From an uncultured Planctomycetaceae bacterium (GTDB taxonomy: Bacteria > Planctomycetota > Planctomycetia > Planctomycetales > Planctomycetaceae): a DNA stretch of 64,000 nucleotides. The stretch spans positions 128,001 to 192,000 of the forward strand of contig CAWFGE010000019.1 in NCBI GenBank assembly GCA_963815195.1, given 5' to 3'. A program made the translations under genes and the position numbers. Positions 12,394 through 21,638 of the stretch are shown here, in pieces. Under the pieces are notes generated by a model. It was not told where the DNA came from. It made no database searches and was given only the letters and a program-made list of their open reading frames with translations. How positions within the stretch are numbered: position 1 is the stretch's first letter; every line of letters begins with the position of its first letter.

Positions 12394-13364
12394 TGAGCCG
12401 CGTGGAATTGAAGTCGCCTCGGCATGTCTCAAGGACCGAAGCGCCCGGGAACCTGGGAGCCTTGGGCGAAGCGTCGGTCCCGCTGCCCTGGTCGTCGGTC
12501 GTCGCGGGCCGGTTGAGCGATTATCTGGAATTGATCAAACCCCGCATTTCGGTGCTGGTGTTGATCTGCGTGACGGTGGGATTTCTCCTGGGCAGCCGGG
12601 GGACGATCGAGTTCCCGCTCTTAGCACATGCCCTGTTCGGGATTGCGATGGTCGCGGCGGGATCGAGCGCTCTGAACCAGTTTCTCGAGCGGGAGACGGA
12701 CCAGTTGATGCCCCGCACTGCCAACCGCCCTTTGCCTTCCGCCCGGCTGACGCCGTTGGAGGTGTTCGGCTTCGGGATCTCGGCCGGCGTGATGGGCGTG
12801 TTGTATCTGGCGAGCTTTGTCAATCCGCTCACGGCGGTCCTCACCGCGGCCACGCTCTTGACTTATGTTTTCGTTTACACGCCGCTCAAACGCACGTCCG
12901 CGATGTGCACGGCCGTCGGTGCGATTCCGGGGGCGTTGCCTCCGGTCCTCGGCTGGACGGCGGCGGGCGGCGGGTTGAACATGTCCAGCCTGTCGTTGTT
13001 TGGGATCCTGTTTATGTGGCAGTTCCCGCATTTCCTGGCGATCGGCTGGCTGTACCGCGAGCAATACGCGAAAGCGGGCCTCAAGATGTTGCCCAGCTCC
13101 CGCTGGGGGATGACGGGCTTCCTGGCGACGGCGTATGCCGTGGTCTTGCTGCCCGTGAGTTTGCTGCCCAGCCGAAACGGTCTGGCGGGGAACGCCTATT
13201 TTCTGACGGCGGTCGTTTTGGGTCTCGGCTATTTGTTGTGCGCGGTTCGCTTTATGCGGGACGAATCCCACCGCACCGCCCGCGGGCTGCTCTGGTCGTC
13301 TCTGTTCTATTTGCCTTTGCTGTTGTTCGCATTGACCTGGGATCATTTTCAGTTGTTGCAGTAA
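12393..13364 (+). CDS. ctaB: Protoheme IX farnesyltransferase (heme O synthase)
   Basis: LIKPRI, NQFLERETDQLMPRTANRPLP, YTPLKR, GAIPGALPPVLGW, WQFPHF; TAATG overlap with ctaA. Confidence 0.96.
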   Translation: MSRVELKSPRHVSRTEAPGNLGALGEASVPLPWSSVVAGRLSDYLELIKPRISVLVLICVTVGFLLGSRGTIEFPLLAHALFGIAMVAAGSSALNQFLERETDQLMPRTANRPLPSARLTPLEVFGFGISAGVMGVLYLASFVNPLTAVLTAATLLTYVFVYTPLKRTSAMCTAVGAIPGALPPVLGWTAAGGGLNMSSLSLFGILFMWQFPHFLAIGWLYREQYAKAGLKMLPSSRWGMTGFLATAYAVVLLPVSLLPSRNGLAGNAYFLTAVVLGLGYLLCAVRFMRDESHRTARGLLWSSLFYLPLLLFALTWDHFQLLQ

Positions 13365-13505
13365 GGTTAGCTGCCCGTGGCACCCAAAACCCGTCAATCG
13401 AAGTCTGACACGGCGCTCGTCCCGGTTTTCGACAAATGAACCGGACGCGAGCGCGTTCCGGCTGATCTGAGTTACATTTTTTCGTTTCATTAAGAATACA
13501 CCGCC

Positions 13506-14930
13506 ATGTCACATTCGACGTTGGACCCGCATTCCCATACCATTCCGCCCCGTCCCATGAAGATGGGCATCCCCATCCCGAATTCGAAGCTGGGCATGTG
13601 GCTGTTTCTGGGCACGGAAATCATGTTCTTCACGGCGTTCATCGGCACGTACATCGTGCTCCGCGTGGGCTCGCAGCCGTGGCCTTCGGTCGAGCAGACC
13701 CACATCAACGTGTGGGCCGGGGGCATCAATACGTTCGTGCTGATTTTTTCGAGCTATCTCGTCGTGGTCGCTTACGAGGCGATGACCAACAAGAACTATA
13801 AGAAAGCCTGGGGGACGTTGGTGGGCGTGTTTGTGTGCGCGTGCTTGTTCCTGGGCATCAAGAGCGTGGAATACTACGGCAAATACGAGCATGACGTTCT
13901 GCCGGGCCACATCGCCGAGAGCCGGGAGCAGGCCTTAAACAAGCTGAAGCTCGAAATGGAAGCGGCAGTCAACGCCCAGGTCGCCGAGCTTCGGCCGGAC
14001 AGCCAGGTGGAGGCGGATTTGGAAGCCGAGGAAAAAACGTCCAAGGAGATTTCCGAAAGCATCGCCTTCCGCCCCGATCAAAAAATCATCAAACTCCAGG
14101 CGGAGCTCGCGGCACTGAACGACGCCGGCAAACTGGACGAGACCCAACAGGAACGCAAAGCGGAACTCGCGGGCTTCGTCTCCTTCTACAACCAGTACAG
14201 GACCCTCCGCGACCACATCGACCAGAACGTCGCCCTGGGATCGAGCTTGACGGACCAGCCGACGGTCGTGGTCACCAACGACGGCAAGGAAGTTTCCGGA
14301 ACGATCCCGCCGGGCGCGCCTCCCACGGGACCGGTCAAGCTCAATACGCCGAAGGGGGAAGTCACGATTCCCCGCGAAGACGTGAAGGAGCTGCGGGCCG
14401 GTTCGCCGCCGCCGGAAGTCACTCTCGCCCAGGTGCAGCACAAAGTGCACGACCTGCGGAATACGGTCGTCGCGGCGACATCGGGCAAGACGTACCGCGG
14501 GGTGGAACTCGTCAAGGATGAGCACGGCCACGCGGAAGCCAAGCACGAGAAAGCCGCGAAGCACGAGGAAAAAGAGGAACCCGTCAGCGACGCCTCCACA
14601 CTCGTGCTCCGCCAGGACAACGGCGAAATCGTGAAGATTCCGCGGGATTCGCTCGCGGAGGAACCCGATTATGTCTACAAGGAAGCGATGGAACCGGTCC
14701 ACGATCCCACGGTGATTGTGTACGGGAACATTTTCGCGTCCCTGTATTTCTTGATGACGGGCTTTCACGCCCTGCACGTGGTTGTGGGCATGATCCTGTT
14801 CGCGATCGTGTTGTCCCAAGGCAGCAAGATCAACGAGGCCTGGACCGACTGGGTCGAGAACAGCGGGTTGTATTGGCACTTCGTGGACCTGGTGTGGATC
14901 TTCCTGTTCCCGCTGATTTACATCATCTAA
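13506..14930 (+). CDS. ctaE: Cytochrome c oxidase subunit III with a ~270-aa soluble insertion
   Basis: [24 protein letters not shown], then after the insertion [12 protein letters not shown] and [19 protein letters not shown]. Confidence 0.93.
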   Translation: MSHSTLDPHSHTIPPRPMKMGIPIPNSKLGMWLFLGTEIMFFTAFIGTYIVLRVGSQPWPSVEQTHINVWAGGINTFVLIFSSYLVVVAYEAMTNKNYKKAWGTLVGVFVCACLFLGIKSVEYYGKYEHDVLPGHIAESREQALNKLKLEMEAAVNAQVAELRPDSQVEADLEAEEKTSKEISESIAFRPDQKIIKLQAELAALNDAGKLDETQQERKAELAGFVSFYNQYRTLRDHIDQNVALGSSLTDQPTVVVTNDGKEVSGTIPPGAPPTGPVKLNTPKGEVTIPREDVKELRAGSPPPEVTLAQVQHKVHDLRNTVVAATSGKTYRGVELVKDEHGHAEAKHEKAAKHEEKEEPVSDASTLVLRQDNGEIVKIPRDSLAEEPDYVYKEAMEPVHDPTVIVYGNIFASLYFLMTGFHALHVVVGMILFAIVLSQGSKINEAWTDWVENSGLYWHFVDLVWIFLFPLIYII

Positions 14931-15003
14931 CCAATCATTAGCCGAAAGGGGCACCGCCCGCAGGGTGGTCCGCCCTGGTTCATGGGAATAACTTGAAACG
15001 AAC

Positions 15004-15080
15004 GCCGGCGGCTAGCGCCGTGCCGCTCACGTTTACATAGAAAGCCGGCGGCTAGCGCCGTGCCGCTCACGTTTACATAG
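15004..15080. repeat. Tandem pair of identical 37-bp REP-like units (period 40)
   Basis: GCCGGCGGCTAGCGCCGTGCCGCTCACGTTTACATAG at 15004-15040 and 15044-15080. Confidence 0.9.
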
Positions 15081-15136
15081 CAAGACATTCTAAAACTCTT
15101 CGCGAATTCAAGCGTTTTTCCAACAGAGGAAGACCA

Positions 15137-15502
15137 ATGGCCGGCGGTCATCATACAAATTATTTCTTGATTTTCATCGCCCTGTGCATTTGCACGGCGC
15201 TCTCGGTGGTGGCGGACGTTGTGCATCTCGACAACCGCATCGTGCTCGCGACGATCGTGCTCGCGATCGCCACGGCGAAGGCACTGTTCGTGATGACGTA
15301 TTTCATGCACCTCAAATTCGAGGGGGCCTGGAAGTTCGTCCTGCTCGCGCCCACGATGATCCTGGCGCTGGGCCTGCCGCTCGCGCTGCTCCCGGACATT
15401 GGCGTGCATTACTACCAGACCGATGTCCCCCAAAACCAAGCCCGCGAGACGGCGGCCCAGGAAGACACCTCCCCCAATATCAGTATCGACCTGGCGCAAT
15501 GA
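15137..15502 (+). CDS. ctaF: Cytochrome c oxidase subunit IV family protein
   Basis: IATAKALFVMTYFMHLKFE motif, three TM helices, follows subunit III. Confidence 0.88.
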   Translation: MAGGHHTNYFLIFIALCICTALSVVADVVHLDNRIVLATIVLAIATAKALFVMTYFMHLKFEGAWKFVLLAPTMILALGLPLALLPDIGVHYYQTDVPQNQARETAAQEDTSPNISIDLAQ

Positions 15503-16443
15503 GCGAGAACGGCGCGGCCATCAGAGTCCAAGGGTTATCCCACCGCTACGGCGAGCACCTGGCTTTGGACGGCCTGTCGTTCGAGGTGCCCGCCGAGAGC
15601 ATTTTCGGACTGCTCGGTCCCAATGGCGGCGGAAAGACGACGCTGTTTCGCATCTTGAGCACGCTGCTCCCCGTGCAAGCGGGCCGCGTTGAGGTCTGCG
15701 GGTTCGATGTCGCGAACCAGCCGCAGGAAGTCCGGCATCAGATCGGCGTGACGTTCCAATCGCCCAGCCTCGACACGCGCCTCACCGTGCAGGAAAACCT
15801 CCGGCATCATGGGCATCTCTACGGCATCGCCGGGGCGGCGCTTCGCGGGCGGATCGCGGAACTGCTCGAGCATCTGAACCTCGCCGACCGCGCGAACGAC
15901 CTGGTGATGGCGCTCTCCGGAGGCCTCAAACGCCGGGTGGAAATCGCCAAGGGCTTATTACATCGCCCGCGGATGCTTTTATTGGATGAGCCGAGCACGG
16001 GGCTCGATCCCGGGGCGCGGATCGATCTCTGGGAATACCTGACCCGGCTGAAATCGCAGACGGGGATGACGATTCTCGTGACGACCCATTTGATGGACGA
16101 AGCCGAGCGCTGCGATCGGCTGGGCATTTTGGATCGGGGGCAGCTGGTGGCCCTCGATTCCCCGGAACAGCTCCGGGCGTCCGTCGGCGGCGATTGTTTG
16201 ACGATTCGCACCGAAGGTTCGCTTTCGGAACTGGCCGGGAAGATTCAATCGCGGTTTGGGATCGAACCCCAACAGATCGGCGATTCGCTGCGGATCGAAA
16301 AAGAGCGCGGCCACGACCTCCTGCGGGACCTGGTGGAAGCCTTCCCCGCGGAGATCGCCGGCATCACCCTGGGAAAACCCACTTTGGAAGATGTCTTCAT
16401 CAAACGCACCGGCCACCGCTTCTGGGACGCCGAGGCCGCGTAG
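15499..16443 (+). CDS. ABC transporter ATP-binding protein (NodI/DrrA-like)
   Basis: Walker A GPNGGGKT, signature LSGG, Walker B LLLDEP, H-loop TTH, C-terminal PTLEDVF; ATGA overlap with subunit IV. Confidence 0.95.
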   Translation: MSENGAAIRVQGLSHRYGEHLALDGLSFEVPAESIFGLLGPNGGGKTTLFRILSTLLPVQAGRVEVCGFDVANQPQEVRHQIGVTFQSPSLDTRLTVQENLRHHGHLYGIAGAALRGRIAELLEHLNLADRANDLVMALSGGLKRRVEIAKGLLHRPRMLLLDEPSTGLDPGARIDLWEYLTRLKSQTGMTILVTTHLMDEAERCDRLGILDRGQLVALDSPEQLRASVGGDCLTIRTEGSLSELAGKIQSRFGIEPQQIGDSLRIEKERGHDLLRDLVEAFPAEIAGITLGKPTLEDVFIKRTGHRFWDAEAA

Positions 16444-16464
16444 CATAGAAGGTGTTTTAAAATG

Positions 16465-16544
16465 TGAGCGGTAGGCGCTAGCCTCCGGTTTCGGTGAAAG
16501 GATAACCCCAAATTCAAGACCGGCGGCTAGCGCCGTGCCGCTCA
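16465..16544. repeat. Inverted pair of REP-like units (REPIN-like)
   Basis: TGAGCGGTAGGCGCTAGCCTCCGG (16465-16488) is a near reverse complement of CCGGCGGCTAGCGCCGTGCCGCTCA (16520-16544), the same unit as at 15004. Confidence 0.85.
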
Positions 16545-16649
16545 TGTTTGTGGGGGAAGGTCGCGTGATACTGGGTTTTGACGCAAACGTCGTGAAGAGA
16601 AGACGCAGAGGCCGCAACGTTTTCTCTCGAACTGAGAAGAACTTGGATT

Positions 16650-17536
16650 ATGACAGACACATTGGCTGCGACTGAGACGAAAGTTTCCGAGCGGGCGGGG
16701 CCGCGGAACTCGGCGTTCTGGCTGGTCGTGATGACCTTGACCTGGCGGGAACTGATCCGCTTCGTCCGGCAGCGGACCCGCGTCGTCGGGGCTCTGGGGC
16801 AGCCGTTGATTCTGTGGGTGCTGATCGGGGCCGGGTTTCAAGGCTCGTTCAAGGCCCCGGGTTATGTGCCGGACCAAGTGACGATGAGCTTTCAGGAATT
16901 TTTCTTTCCCGGGATTGCGGTGTTGATTTTGATGTTCACCGCGATCTTTTCCACGATCTCGATCATCGAAGACCGCCGGGAAGGCTTCCTGCAAGGGGTT
17001 TTGGTGGCTCCCATCTCCCGGCTGTCGCTCGTGATGGGCAAGCTCACCGGCGGGATGGTGCTCGCGGTCGTGCAGGCGGTCGTGTTTCTGGGCATCGGCC
17101 CCTTGCTGACAGCGGTGGGCCTCGCGCCTACAATACATGTGGAATGGACGGTGCTGACGCCCTGTCCGTGTTCGGGTTTTTGATCCTCCTCGGCTACACG
17201 CTGACGGGGCTGGGCTTTTTGATCGCCTGGCCTCTCGATTCGACGCAGGGGTTTCATGCGATCATGAGCGTGTTCCTCTTGCCGATGTGGCTGCTGTCGG
17301 GGGCGACGTTTCCCGGACAAGATTCGGGCTGGCTCAACATCATCATCAAGGCCAATCCGCTGACCTACGGCGTCGCAGGACTCCGGCGGCTGATGTATCC
17401 CCACGTGGAGTTTCTGCCGGGCCAGGGCCTGCCGCCGATGTGGTTATGCGTGTTGGTGACCTGCCTGTTCTGCGCAGCCTGCGTGATAGGCTCCGTCCTG
17501 TTGACCCGCCGCCGCTCCGCGGCGAATACGACATAG
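16650..17536 (+). CDS. ABC-2 type permease (NodJ/DrrB-like); frameshift at ~17159
   Basis: RELIRFVRQ, FFFPG, IIEDRREGFLQGVLVAP, then in the second frame PMWLLSGATFP and NPLTYGV. Confidence 0.9.
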
Positions 17537-17581
17537 AGGCGATTTCCCGCCGCGAACCCGACTGACAACGGACCACCCACG

Positions 17582-18859
17582 ATGAGCCAAGTCACCGAGC
17601 GAGATAGAACATCCTCATCCCCTCTCATTATCAGCTTCTGGACGTTCTCGTTTCTGATGCTGCTGATGGCCGGGGGTTTTGGGGTTTGGAAATATAACGC
17701 GACGCGGCGCGCCGCGGAGATGGCGGCCGAGCGTGCGGCGGCGGAGCGGGCGAAGCTCTTGGCGGTTCAGAAAGCCCAGGCCAACCCGTGGCCGAAATCC
17801 GGCGTGGAGAATTTTTCCTTGGTCGACCAGACCGGGGCGAAGGTTACGAAAGCCGACCTCTTGGGCAAGCCCTGGGCGGCGTGCTTTGTGTTCACGCGGT
17901 GCGCGGGGCAATGCCTGAACATCATGGCGGGCATGCAGGAGGTTTCGGACGAGTTGCAGGACGCCGACGTCCGGTTGGTGACGATCAGCGTCGATCCCGA
18001 TTACGACACGCCGGAGGTCCTGGCCCCTTACGCCCAGGGCTTCGGAGCCGACCCCGCGCGGTGGCTGTTTCTCACGGGGGACAAGAAGGACATTTACCAT
18101 CTCATCCAGAAGAGTTTCCTGTTGCCGGTGGAGGAATCGACCGGGCCGGACCGCAAACCAGGTTACGAGGTGGTCCACTCGCCGGACATTCTGCACGTCA
18201 ACGCCCAGGGGCAGGTCGTAGGGCGATACAACGGCCTCGAGGAACTCGACCGCAAAAGGCTCATCAAAGCCATGAAACAGGAGGCCGCGGAGATCCGAGC
18301 CCAAAACGGTTTCGAGCTCACCGAACGGAGCGGCCGGAAAGTCACGGATAACGATCTTCTGGGACAGCCGTGGGCGGCGTGTTTTATCTTTACGCGGTGC
18401 GCGGGCCAGTGTTTGCAAATCTCGAACAACATGTATCAGTTGCACCAGGAACTCAAAGACGCCCCGGTGCGGCTGGTGACGATCACGGTCGATCCCGATT
18501 TCGACACGCCGGAGGTGCTCAAGAATTACGCGGACAACTTCGGGGCCGACCCCGACCGCTGGCTGTTTCTGACGGGCGAGAAGGATTACGTTTATCCGCT
18601 GCTGCAGAAGCATTTCAAGCAGATCGTGCACGAGTTCACCGGGGAAGACCGCATCAAAGGGTATGAGGTGCTGCACTCGTCCGACGTGATCCATTTCGAC
18701 GCCCAGGGCCGGATGAAGAAGCGCTACAACGGCTTAAACGACGCCGAGATGGCCGAACTTCGCAAGGCACTCTTGGCGGAAGCAGCGGAACTCGAGGGCC
18801 AAAAAAGTCGACCGGCCGCGGCCGAGAAGCCGATGTCTGGTAGCGAGGAACACAACTAA
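17582..18859 (+). CDS. SCO1/SenC family copper chaperone with two tandem SCO domains
   Basis: N-terminal TM helix; FTRCAGQC twice; (S/T)VDPD(Y/F)DTPEVL twice; WLFLTG twice; conserved His (VVHS, VLHS). Confidence 0.93.
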   Translation: MSQVTERDRTSSSPLIISFWTFSFLMLLMAGGFGVWKYNATRRAAEMAAERAAAERAKLLAVQKAQANPWPKSGVENFSLVDQTGAKVTKADLLGKPWAACFVFTRCAGQCLNIMAGMQEVSDELQDADVRLVTISVDPDYDTPEVLAPYAQGFGADPARWLFLTGDKKDIYHLIQKSFLLPVEESTGPDRKPGYEVVHSPDILHVNAQGQVVGRYNGLEELDRKRLIKAMKQEAAEIRAQNGFELTERSGRKVTDNDLLGQPWAACFIFTRCAGQCLQISNNMYQLHQELKDAPVRLVTITVDPDFDTPEVLKNYADNFGADPDRWLFLTGEKDYVYPLLQKHFKQIVHEFTGEDRIKGYEVLHSSDVIHFDAQGRMKKRYNGLNDAEMAELRKALLAEAAELEGQKSRPAAAEKPMSGSEEHN

Positions 18860-18861
18860 TC

Positions 18862-19287
18862 ATGCCGGTTTGGGTTTCCGCGCTTCCGACGGTCAACGCG
18901 AGTCTGAACGCCCTCGCGACGGTGTTGTTGATCACAGGATACGTCTTCATCCGCCGCAAACAGGTCGAAGCGCACAAGCGAACGATGCTCTCCGCGTTCG
19001 GCGTGTCGGTCGTGTTTTTGACGTGCTATTTGATCTATCACAGCTTCCATTTTTCCCAACCGTTCCAGGGAACGGGCTTCATTCGGCCCGTGTATTTCAG
19101 CATTTTGGTGAGCCATATCCTCCTCGCGGCCCTGGTGCCGTTTTTGGCGGCGGTGACGATTTACCGCGGACTCAAAGGCCACTGGGACAAACATCGCCGA
19201 ATCGCCCGGATCACCTACCCGATTTGGCTTTACGTATCCGTCACGGGAGTTATGATTTATTTCATGCTCTACCACTGGGCCGGCTGA
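18862..19287 (+). CDS. DUF420 family membrane protein (CtaM-like)
   Basis: LPTVNASLN, HKRTM, YLIYH, ILVSHI, HRRIAR, PIWLYVSVTG. Confidence 0.92.
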   Translation: MPVWVSALPTVNASLNALATVLLITGYVFIRRKQVEAHKRTMLSAFGVSVVFLTCYLIYHSFHFSQPFQGTGFIRPVYFSILVSHILLAALVPFLAAVTIYRGLKGHWDKHRRIARITYPIWLYVSVTGVMIYFMLYHWAG

Positions 19288-19307
19288 TGGCCCGAAAGGA
19301 TAAACCG

Positions 19308-19565
19308 ATGCGCCGCCTGCTGTTCGCTGTGAGTCTCTCGCTGTTCGCCGTTCTCGGTCCCGCCTCGACCGCCAGTGCCTGCCCGCTCTGCGCCCAGGCG
19401 AACGAAACCGAGGAAAACCGACCCAAAGCCTACATGTACAGCATTTTGTTTATGATGTCGATGCCCGCGGTGATCTTCACGGGCTTCGGCATTGGCCTCT
19501 ATCGCCTGCACAAAAAACACGCTGGGGAGCCTGGCGATCCTTTGGATCCGCACTCGGCCGAGTGA
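19308..19565 (+). CDS. Small exported/membrane protein with CPxC motif
   Basis: Signal peptide ending ASA followed by CPLC; TM helix AYMYSILFMMSMP; RBS AAGGA; last gene of the oxidase cluster. Confidence 0.75.
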   Translation: MRRLLFAVSLSLFAVLGPASTASACPLCAQANETEENRPKAYMYSILFMMSMPAVIFTGFGIGLYRLHKKHAGEPGDPLDPHSAE

Positions 19566-19655
19566 GCTTCCCGGATTGCGGGAACTTTCCTCCGCGGCGA
19601 ACCGTCAGAAAAACAGGGCCTCGGGCGAGGAACTTTTTTCAAGCGGAGGAAGGCG

Positions 19656-20744
19656 ATGAGGATTTGGACACCGATCCCGCTCGCGGCGGGACTGTTGATC
19701 GCGGCAGGGGCGTTATTTGCCGCTCAGGCGGAAGACCAAGGCAACGGGAAAATAATCAAACCCGCTCCGCCCGTGCCGGCGCAGGCGGCGTTTGAGCTCA
19801 AGGTCGAAGCGAAGCCCCGCTTCCCCAACGCGAACCGCCCTGCCGCTTCGGAGCCGGCGGAAGTCAAATTGCTTTCGGTGACGATCCAGCCGGAAAAGAC
19901 AGAGTTCGCGGGCAACGGGCCGCTCTCGTTTCTGGTGACGCTCGAAAACAAATCGAAGTCGCCGCTGCTCGTTTATGGCTTGGAGCATTTGGGGGCCGCG
20001 CCGAAGCTGGTGGTCTCGAATCTGGACAACGCCAACCAGTGGTCGATCGCGGGCGATTTTACGAAGGCCAAAGACCAGGCCGCCGTTCCGTTGGGGGCGG
20101 GCGAGTCGAAGACCTACACGCTCGTCGTGGAGGCGAACATTGCGTTTCCGCGGCCGATCCCGCTGCCTCGCCCCTTGCCGATGCCGTTGCGTCCCGTGCC
20201 CGCTCCGGTTTTTCGAGCCGGCGAAGCGGAGAAGCAGCCCGCGAATCCCCAGCCGGTCCCGCCGGGGCGTCGGCGGCCGATTTTCGTGGGCCCTGCACTG
20301 CCCTGTGGTGCGGGGAAATGCCGGGCGAAGTTGTTTTTGGAGTTTCAAACCGATCCGCTCCGGCGGTACCGCGTTCCGCAATGGACGGGCAAAATCGCCA
20401 CCGGCACCGTGGACTTTGAAGTCGGGAAACCGCAACCCGGCGTGCAGCTGCCCGGCGTCGGCGGTCCGCTGACGAAACAGCAAGCCATCAGGCTCGCCCA
20501 AGCCGCCGCCGAGCGCGCGCTCCAATCCAATTACCAACCGGCGCCCGGCATCAAACCGGCCCATCAGGGAGTATGGATCAAAGACGCCGAAAAGACCGCC
20601 GCCATCGCCGAAAAGAAACCGGGGGGCTGGACGATTTCCTGGACCGCGTTTCCGAAGACGGGCTTTTCGTACAACGTGAAAGTGGACGTGAGCCCGAGCG
20701 GTGCCGCGACCATCCGCGAAGTCTTCACCGGCTACTCTAAGTGA
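19656..20744 (+). CDS. Hypothetical secreted proline-rich protein
   Basis: RBS GGAGG; signal peptide; Ig-like segment (LSFLVTLENKS...PLGAGESKTY); Pro-rich linkers. Confidence 0.7.
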   Translation: MRIWTPIPLAAGLLIAAGALFAAQAEDQGNGKIIKPAPPVPAQAAFELKVEAKPRFPNANRPAASEPAEVKLLSVTIQPEKTEFAGNGPLSFLVTLENKSKSPLLVYGLEHLGAAPKLVVSNLDNANQWSIAGDFTKAKDQAAVPLGAGESKTYTLVVEANIAFPRPIPLPRPLPMPLRPVPAPVFRAGEAEKQPANPQPVPPGRRRPIFVGPALPCGAGKCRAKLFLEFQTDPLRRYRVPQWTGKIATGTVDFEVGKPQPGVQLPGVGGPLTKQQAIRLAQAAAERALQSNYQPAPGIKPAHQGVWIKDAEKTAAIAEKKPGGWTISWTAFPKTGFSYNVKVDVSPSGAATIREVFTGYSK

Positions 20745-20766
20745 CGAAACCCGCGGACAGCTTCGC

Positions 20767-21600
20767 CTATTTCAATTCGAGGTTCACGCGGACGCCGAGC
20801 TTTTTCAGTTCCTCGATCTGTTTGGTCTTGGCTTCATCGCTCAATGGGTTGCCGGCCAGATACAGGTTCCAGTACGGAGCGAAATTCTTCGGTCCGGACG
20901 CGTCTTTCTTGGCCATCTCCACGAGCGGCTTGAGATCGCTGATCTTATTGTTTTGGAGTTGGGTGTACCGCAGATCGGTCATCTCCGACAGCGGGCCGGC
21001 GTCGGTGAGTTCGTTGTCGCGGACATTGAGCGACATCAATCGCGTGATCCCCTTGATCGGCGAGAGGTCCTTGATCTTGTTATAGGACACATCCAGCGAA
21101 GAGAGTTTCACCAGTTCGGACGCCGGGGCCAGCGATTCGATCTCGTTGTGCGCCAAATAAACCGAGGCCAGCCTGGTGAGTTTCTTCAACGGATCGAGAC
21201 TCTTGATCTGGTTGTGCTCGGCTTCGATGTGCTGGAGTTTCTCCCAGCCGGCGATCGGCGTGAGATCGCTGATCTTGTTGTTCGACAGATACAGGCTCTG
21301 GCAGTTCTTGAGATCCGCGAGCGGCTTGAGATCCGAAATCTCATTCCCGGAAAGCTTGAGTTCCGCGAGATTAAAACACTTCTCCAAGCCGGTGAGATCT
21401 TTAATGCCGGCTTTGCCCGCGTGCAGGATGAACACGTTTTTGAGATCGTCTTCCTTGAGTTCCTCCTTGTCGCCTTTCTTGAGCGTCTTTTTGATGGCGG
21501 CTTCGAGGTTCTTGTCAGGAAACAAATCCGCCGCCTGAACGCGCGCGGTCAGAAAACCAAACGTGACGAGAATCAAACTCGCTTTCATCAATCGCGGCAT
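20767..21600 (-). CDS. Secreted internalin-like leucine-rich repeat protein
   Basis: 22-aa repeats LxxLxLxxNxIxDLxPL; FPDKNLEAAIK cap; signal peptide; RBS GAGG before ATG at 21600. Confidence 0.92.
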   Translation of the reverse strand: MPRLMKASLILVTFGFLTARVQAADLFPDKNLEAAIKKTLKKGDKEELKEDDLKNVFILHAGKAGIKDLTGLEKCFNLAELKLSGNEISDLKPLADLKNCQSLYLSNNKISDLTPIAGWEKLQHIEAEHNQIKSLDPLKKLTRLASVYLAHNEIESLAPASELVKLSSLDVSYNKIKDLSPIKGITRLMSLNVRDNELTDAGPLSEMTDLRYTQLQNNKISDLKPLVEMAKKDASGPKNFAPYWNLYLAGNPLSDEAKTKQIEELKKLGVRVNLELK

Positions 21601-21638
21601 CGTGTCAATCCTCGGTGTTACAGAATTGGGATTCAAAA

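Noticed and set aside
15004..15080. 37-bp direct repeat as a mini-CRISPR array
   Set aside because: Only two copies with a 3-nt gap, no spacers and no cas genes; the unit recurs as dispersed REP-like copies.
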